The translations under genes were made by a program, and so were the position numbers. Of a stretch of DNA of 64,000 bases, positions 58,272-64,000 are shown piece after piece. The notes beneath the pieces are model-generated. The model did no database searches. It was not told where the DNA came from and worked only from the letters and a program-made list of their open reading frames with translations. How positions within the stretch are numbered: the stretch's first letter is position 1; every line of letters starts with the position of its first letter. This DNA is from Rhynchopus sp. YZ270_cl-10 (Eukaryota), in NCBI GenBank assembly GCA_964035575.1, contig OZ037842.1:186001-250000 (forward strand), read 5' to 3'.

Positions 58272-60082
58272 TCAGTGTCCGTGGCTGTGACTGTGACTGT
58301 GGGTGTGGCTGTGGTAGCTGTACTTCGGGGTTCTCACACCCTCAGACCCCACACAGTGGCGGCACCAGAAGAAGTTCTTCGGGTCGTACTCCTGCTTCAC
58401 CTCAAGCAGCCTTGCGTAGTTGTCACCCCAGTAGCGTTCCTGCCAGTTCTCCATTGTGTACGCCGACTCCGAGAAGTAGGAGTTGGCACCCAGAGAGTAC
58501 CACGTATCAACGTCGCCGTTGTTCTCACCAAACGAGATCATCGCAAGACCCGAACGCATGCCATTGGAGAGGGACGTGCCCTCGAGCTGTGGGGATCCAA
58601 GCTGCCCACTGAAGGACGTCGAGAAGAACAGGTCACAACTCACACCGTCACGGCAACGCTCAAGCATCTGCGTCACGTGTGCGTTCAGGTTCCCGTTGTC
58701 GTACTCAGAACGCTGCACCATAATCGACGGGAGTCCACCAAGCTTGCCCTCCGCCACAGACACGGCGGCAGGGTTGATGCTGAAGGCAGGGTTGTACGGC
58801 GTGATAAGGGCAAACGCGTTGTCCTCTGTGTTTGCGTACGAGATCAGAAGCACTTCGTCAGCCACGTGGTGCATCGTGTGCCATGTGTCAATGTACTGCT
58901 GCTCTGTCTGCCCACCGCTGTACATCGAGAACAGCCACACAGTCCAGCTCATGCCACAGGACTCCGTCTGTGCACCAGGGAACATCGCAAACGTGATGGA
59001 CCAGTTCCCGTCCAGTGTTGCGTGCCAGTTGTTGTACTCAGTCATGATCTTGTGCAGGGAGTCGTACGAGCACATGTCTCCCATCCAGTACGCCTCCGTC
59101 TTCGTCAGACCAAGTGCAGGCATGTCGTACAGCTTCGTGTACAGTGCAGTGACAACACCCCACGTGGACCCACCACCACCTCTCAGTGCAAAGAACAAGT
59201 CCGGGTGGTTCTCCTCGTCCACGTAGACAAGGTCACCGTTCGCAAGCACCATCTCCACTGCCAGGATCTGGTCAGCACCCAGTCCCTTGTTTGGTGCGAG
59301 AGGACCGTGTCCACCACCAAGGTGCCAGCCAACAACACCCACAGTGCTGCACCAGCCAGTCGGCATCATCTTGTTGTGGTCCTTCAGTGCGAAGAGCGCT
59401 TCGTCAAAGACAACACCAGCACCAAGAAGCACGTTCCCCTCTGCGTGGCCGAAGCCTCTCTTCTCGTCGTCCACGTCCACGTCGATCTCCTTCAGGAAGG
59501 AGGTTCTGATCCAAAGTCCGTTGTTGTTGATGCTGTGTCTGTTCAGCATGTCGTGTCCTGTACCTGCAACAGCAACACACAGGTTGTGCTTACGTGCAAA
59601 GCGCACAGCAACCTGCACCTGTCTTGCTGTGGTCGGCCACACAACAATCCTTGGGTTCCAGTTGCTGAAGGGCTGGTTACGCTGCGAAATCTTGCAGAAC
59701 TGCGAGAAGTTGTCGACCAGACACACACCCTCCTGGTCCGCTTCAGCCTCCACGTACACCCCAGTCATGTCTGCACCTTCTCCGTACAGGGGCTGGCCGT
59801 CTGGATCCCCGAGTCTGTAAGGTGCAGGCCTTGGGTGGCCGTCACCTCCCCACACAAGTTGTCTGTCGCAGTCAGTTCCTGTGATGAGTGGGTGGGGTTT
59901 TGAGTGTGTGCGGTGATATTATGGGGAGAAAAGGACATACTTGCAAGCTTCCGCGACAGCTTCGCCAGGTCGTGTGCATCTGGCCAGCAGGACTCACCCA
60001 TGGTACAGCACCCATCCAGCTGCTCACCAACCTGACCCGCAACCAGCTGCGACAGCGACAGCAGTGCTACTGTGCGCATCAT
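58272..60082 (-). CDS. BBE-like FAD oxidase, type B copy 6 (intron 59940-59879; 582 aa)
   Basis: 62-nt GT-AG intron, intact frame. Confidence 0.92.
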
Positions 60083-60109
60083 TTTTGAATGTGTTATTAA
60101 AATGTGAAT

Positions 60110-60135
60110 CTGGTGAGGTGGTGTGAGGGAGAAAG
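60110..60135 (-). promoter_or_regulatory. Candidate splice acceptor (possibly trans-splice site) 27 nt upstream of the oxidase ATG
   Basis: C/pyrimidine-rich tract ending CACCTCACCAG, conserved upstream of 8 of 9 copies. Similarity of copy B6 to the others stops just beyond it. Confidence 0.4.
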
Positions 60136-60987
60136 ATATATCTCATCACACAATAAAGGTGACGTACACCGCGCACAGTGGGGTGCAATACACGAAAGCG
60201 GCGGTACGAAAACACATTTTCCAGGCAGACGCAGTAATGCAGGGACAACACAACACTCCACACGAACATGAGCGCACTGTCCCAGAATGACAAATACAAG
60301 AACAAAGCTCCACACAACAACACACAACGTACAACACCGCTGACCTACGTGTTCTGCATTCTTGACTTAGGAGAGAGACTCATCAGAAAAAAATGTCGTT
60401 GTTGTTCTTTTGAGACGCGTGTTTTTTATTTTATTTGAAAAATATGTCGGAACATCTGTGCCCACTGTTTCCCCTGTGCAGTTTCATTCGCATCCTGTTT
60501 TGTTTGCGACGCTTGGCGGTGCTTTATTTTATACCTACAAGTGTAGCTTAAAGGAGAAGTAGTTTCCGCCGATACAGTCGCCAATCACCCCTCCAACAGG
60601 GTAATTGGGCACTCAACGAAAAACCTTGTTTTCCTTTTACCCATCAGAGTTACTATTTTTTCGTTTCAAAACAATATAAAATAAGATAGCCAAAATAACC
60701 CCCCATTGGCGAGTGAAAGAAGAACCACCGTTGATCGTTCATCCCATCCCTCATTTTTTTTTTAAATTTTTTGAATACTCCCCCCCCCACCTTTCCCCCT
60801 ACCCCTCCCCCCCCCTCCCTCTGCTTTTGTCAGCAGCCTTCCTTCTCCTCAGATACTCGCGGCTAGTGGAGCAAAACAGGAAAAGACGGCGCCTTTTTTA
60901 TTTTTCCCAGAACATTTTTATTTTTGTCCTATTGATTCCCTTTCCTCCCCCTCTGTGATTCCCGACAAAAAAAATATATGTATCGGC

Positions 60988-63900
60988 TCATTGCCCACCT
61001 CCAGCATCACTGGGAGCATCGCCGCCCATTCCAGAATACCACGCGCTTCTACAGAGCGGGCAGGTACTGTTGTTCGACTGTTTGAACCATTTGTAGAGAC
61101 AGAGCTTATGGTACTTGCCGTGACAGCACGAGCATTCCATCGAGGGAAGTTGTTGCGTTGTTGTGTTGACAACCTGGTAGCAGATTGGACACGCATCTTG
61201 CCCTGCAAAGTGCTTTTCGAGGTTGCGGCTCCAGAGCTCGACACAGTCCCAGAGAGAGGCACTCTTATTCAACAACTGCGCAGTCATTTGCATTAACCAC
61301 CTTCTCCACTTCTGTTCCTTCAATCCTGCCTTTGCGCGAGTCACCTGCGCATCCAACGAAGGGTGCTCAATAGGGTCCAACGGGAATGCTGGTGGCACTG
61401 TCATCTTCACGTTCACGCAGGTATCCTGATAGTCATATGAAAGAAGAACCGATGCTGCAGCCTTGTGGACCTTTACGGTGAGCTCCTCGGTGGGTTCAAA
61501 GGTAGATTTCCCGCCACCCTTATTGATGACAGCTTGGAGCTCCTGTTGGATGAGGGAGGGGGAGAGGTACGCTTGAACGAAGTTCTTGTAGAGGTCTTGG
61601 AAGGTGTTCTCGCAGTCGTTGACCCAACGGCGTGGGGAGGCGGGGATGGCCTTCATGATTCTGTAGAGCAACGCGATAGAGGAGAGTGCAAACTCCCCCG
61701 TTGTGTCGAACTTTGCAAGGTACTTCTGATGTTCCGCAAAGTTCTGTACAAAGTTCTGCCTCGGAAGCCCCACACTCCCTGTCTGGAACATCGACAGCAC
61801 GCTCTCCCTGTATTCATTGTTCACCCCTGCCGTCCGCGAATCCCGCAACAAAATGTACGAATTTTTAGTGTTCAAGGTGTACCCCACCGCTTTCTTATGC
61901 AGCAACAACGCGGCTGTCACGCAATCCATCAGCGGCTTCAAAATATTGTTAGTGGAGAGGAAGCGGCTGAAGAGATGCTTTTTGGAGGTCTCTTGTTTAA
62001 AAACGTCGGATGACGCAACAAAGTTTGCCACAAAGATCCCAAGGAAGTACGCGATACGCAGCCTACCACGGAAGATAAGCGACTCAACAGAGACGCTGTC
62101 AGGGAAGGCACCGTGGACGATCTGTTTTTGCACGTCAAGAAGTGCTTTGATCGAGTACTGCGCCTGGTTGCGTCTCGCAAAGAGAGAATTGCTCAACCCA
62201 GACGTTGGTGAAGACGGTGGTGAAGCGCTCTTTGGGTACGCCACCACCTCCGACAACACCGCCACACAGTACTGCACAAACAAGGGAATCTCCTGCGCTC
62301 CGCACATCGAACGGTACGATGCCTCCCCTTCCTCCTCGGTGTCCTCAGTGGAAGCAATGAACGCTGCCGTCTTCTCCAACAGTTGTTTGTTCTTTGTGGT
62401 GTCATTCAAAAAGGAGAAGTCCAGGCAGGTTGTGTCGCAGAGTGCGATGGTTAACCCCATGATTAGCTCGTGGGCGGCGGAGGGCTCGTCGTTGAGTGTG
62501 CGTTCGGCTTCTGCAACAAAGCGTGTCAACAGTGCGTCAAAGAAGGCTGGAGGGAGAACTGCGATGAGCGCCTTTCTGGTTGAGTCGGCGCCGCTGCAGA
62601 AGACGGAGACTACGTTGCACATATCGTGGAGGTGTGTCGTCGCAGTGTCGTCAGCAACACAGACATCAATGAAATGCACTAAGGAGTCGACAACATACGC
62701 AAACAGCATTGCCCTAGTACTGACGTCTGCTGCAAGGCATTCTGCACCTTCGTTTTCAGGGTCAGCCTTTGTACTGAAAAGCACTTCCGTCAAAATCAAC
62801 GAAACCCTTCTCGCACAGAACTCCAGAACCCTAGTTTGCGCGCCATCCGGGACGACCCATGATGTTGAGAGGTATGGGGTGACCTGTTGCAGCGTGGCGG
62901 CAAGCTTTCCGAAGGACGCAATCGAAGTGGCGCCGACGGGGCGGGTCCCCTCCAGGAGCGTCAACAGGAGCGAGATACGGGTTGCAAGAGAGGCGGGTGT
63001 TTCGTCTGTGCATTCGTCACCTTCGTCGTAGCGTTCGTGGACACATTCCTTTAGCGTTTCGGTGACTTCTTCGGAGAGGTCCGATCCTGCGGCAGGGGCA
63101 AGCGTGAGGCACGTGATCACCTCTTCGTTGGAAAGCTCGTCGCCAACCTCATCCTTTGCTAGGATGGTGCGGCACCAATCCTCGACGTCCTGCTGCTCAT
63201 CTGCCGCAAGGCTCCAGAGGCGGATGCTTCCGCAGTTGCTGTTGATAAGGCGAAGGAACATCTCTGTAAGTTGCGTCGCCTCGGTCTCGCTTGTCAGTGT
63301 CGTGCACATCGCAGCCGTGGTCGCAACACGCGAATCATCCTGCAAAAGCTTTGTCACCAAATACGCAGAACTCAAAAAGTTGGTCTCATAAAACATAGGA
63401 AACACCTCCGCCTTCAGCGCAGCCTTATTAACAGCCTTGAGTTGGGTGGTCTCCACAAATGCTCCCGCATTTTGAAAGAATCTGTCTGAAAATGAAGCAG
63501 CAAACCCGCCATATTTCGTCCACACCAGATTCTCCATTAACGCAACATTAAACGACGTCTGCACAGCAAAGAGCTGCGTTGCGAAGAGAAACTCCAAAAG
63601 CTGGCGCCACACTGTGGTGTTAGAGGGTGCTGCGGAGACGTGGCTGAAGGTCTGCACAAAGTCGTTGTGGGTATGCATTGTGGCTGCAACAGCTGTTATA
63701 ACCGACGAAATTTTGGACACATTTTCTTCCTCTTTTTGAAGCGCAGTGAGTGCTTTGCAGGCTGAGGAGAGACCTGATGCGAATAACGTTTTCGCCTTTT
63801 CTTTAAAACACGGTAGCGAAGCAGCATATGCGAAAATGGTGGAAGACAGAGTAGAAGGTTCGGTAGCGAAAGTGGCAAGTCGCGCCTCCAAAGTGTCAAA

Positions 63901-64000
63901 TGCTGTGTCAACAGTGGTGCTGGTACCCACAGTTTTGCACCAAAGGGAAAGAAGGTTGAAGGCCTTAGCTGCAGTAGGGAAGGCAAGAACCTGCTTCATG
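60988..64000 (-). CDS. LTN1: E3 ubiquitin ligase listerin, C-terminal ~1000 aa (5' end probably outside the window)
   Basis: HEAT-like helical region, RWD-like segment (VPPAFPL, KWRRWL) and terminal RING CPICY...CSCCHGKYHKLCLYKWFKQSNNSTCPLCR. Confidence 0.92.
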   Translation of the reverse strand, partial: MKQVLAFPTAAKAFNLLSLWCKTVGTSTTVDTAFDTLEARLATFATEPSTLSSTIFAYAASLPCFKEKAKTLFASGLSSACKALTALQKEEENVSKISSVITAVAATMHTHNDFVQTFSHVSAAPSNTTVWRQLLEFLFATQLFAVQTSFNVALMENLVWTKYGGFAASFSDRFFQNAGAFVETTQLKAVNKAALKAEVFPMFYETNFLSSAYLVTKLLQDDSRVATTAAMCTTLTSETEATQLTEMFLRLINSNCGSIRLWSLAADEQQDVEDWCRTILAKDEVGDELSNEEVITCLTLAPAAGSDLSEEVTETLKECVHERYDEGDECTDETPASLATRISLLLTLLEGTRPVGATSIASFGKLAATLQQVTPYLSTSWVVPDGAQTRVLEFCARRVSLILTEVLFSTKADPENEGAECLAADVSTRAMLFAYVVDSLVHFIDVCVADDTATTHLHDMCNVVSVFCSGADSTRKALIAVLPPAFFDALLTRFVAEAERTLNDEPSAAHELIMGLTIALCDTTCLDFSFLNDTTKNKQLLEKTAAFIASTEDTEEEGEASYRSMCGAQEIPLFVQYCVAVLSEVVAYPKSASPPSSPTSGLSNSLFARRNQAQYSIKALLDVQKQIVHGAFPDSVSVESLIFRGRLRIAYFLGIFVANFVASSDVFKQETSKKHLFSRFLSTNNILKPLMDCVTAALLLHKKAVGYTLNTKNSYILLRDSRTAGVNNEYRESVLSMFQTGSVGLPRQNFVQNFAEHQKYLAKFDTTGEFALSSIALLYRIMKAIPASPRRWVNDCENTFQDLYKNFVQAYLSPSLIQQELQAVINKGGGKSTFEPTEELTVKVHKAAASVLLSYDYQDTCVNVKMTVPPAFPLDPIEHPSLDAQVTRAKAGLKEQKWRRWLMQMTAQLLNKSASLWDCVELWSRNLEKHFAGQDACPICYQVVNTTTQQLPSMECSCCHGKYHKLCLYKWFKQSNNSTCPLCRSAWYSGMGGDAPSDAGGGQ

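Larger units (their letters stand above)
39330..60125. repeat. Tandem array of six type-B oxidase units, period ~3.18 kb in the regular part
   Basis: Stop codons at 48725, 51908, 55092 and 58272 (spacing 3183, 3184, 3180). Homologous spacers recur from about 39330. Confidence 0.95.

Noticed and set aside
24746..59903. Long plus-strand ORFs (408-589 aa) opposite each oxidase gene
   Set aside because: Antisense shadows of strongly biased codon usage; Val/His/Leu-rich translations with no motifs, bounded by the real exons.
60290..60330. Hammerhead-like CTGATGAG on the minus strand
   Set aside because: No stem II closed by a properly placed GAAA.
63997..63999. ATG at 63999 as the true LTN1 start
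   Set aside because: Sits at the window edge; listerins are normally much longer and the conserved N-terminal domain is not seen.

Overview
Eukaryotic DNA in which every credible gene lies on the minus strand, with AT-rich spacers and a few short GT-AG introns. This layout suggests a polycistronic euglenozoan such as a diplonemid (inference, not proven). The left 20 kb holds single-copy genes: a ubiquitin-like/TPR-like protein, an androglobin-like calpain, a coiled-coil protein, a small intron-containing gene, a CDP-alcohol phosphotransferase, a secreted C45 Ntn-hydrolase and a membrane-anchored class-V PLP enzyme. From about 20.3 to 60.1 kb lies a tandem array of nine secreted berberine-bridge-enzyme (BBE)-like FAD oxidases. 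Three type-A copies sit in 5682-bp units (2 introns, Ser-Gln-Ser-Asp tail) and six type-B copies in mostly ~3.18-kb units (1 intron, His-Ser tail). The ORF track fragments these genes because of the introns. The array carries two very young inverted-repeat elements with visible empty sites, a 923-bp element nested in one intron, an unrelated N-acylated small gene, nine copies of a ~565-bp repeat and dispersed conserved hairpins. The window ends inside listerin (LTN1). All family assignments come from motif recognition by eye; no database search was run.
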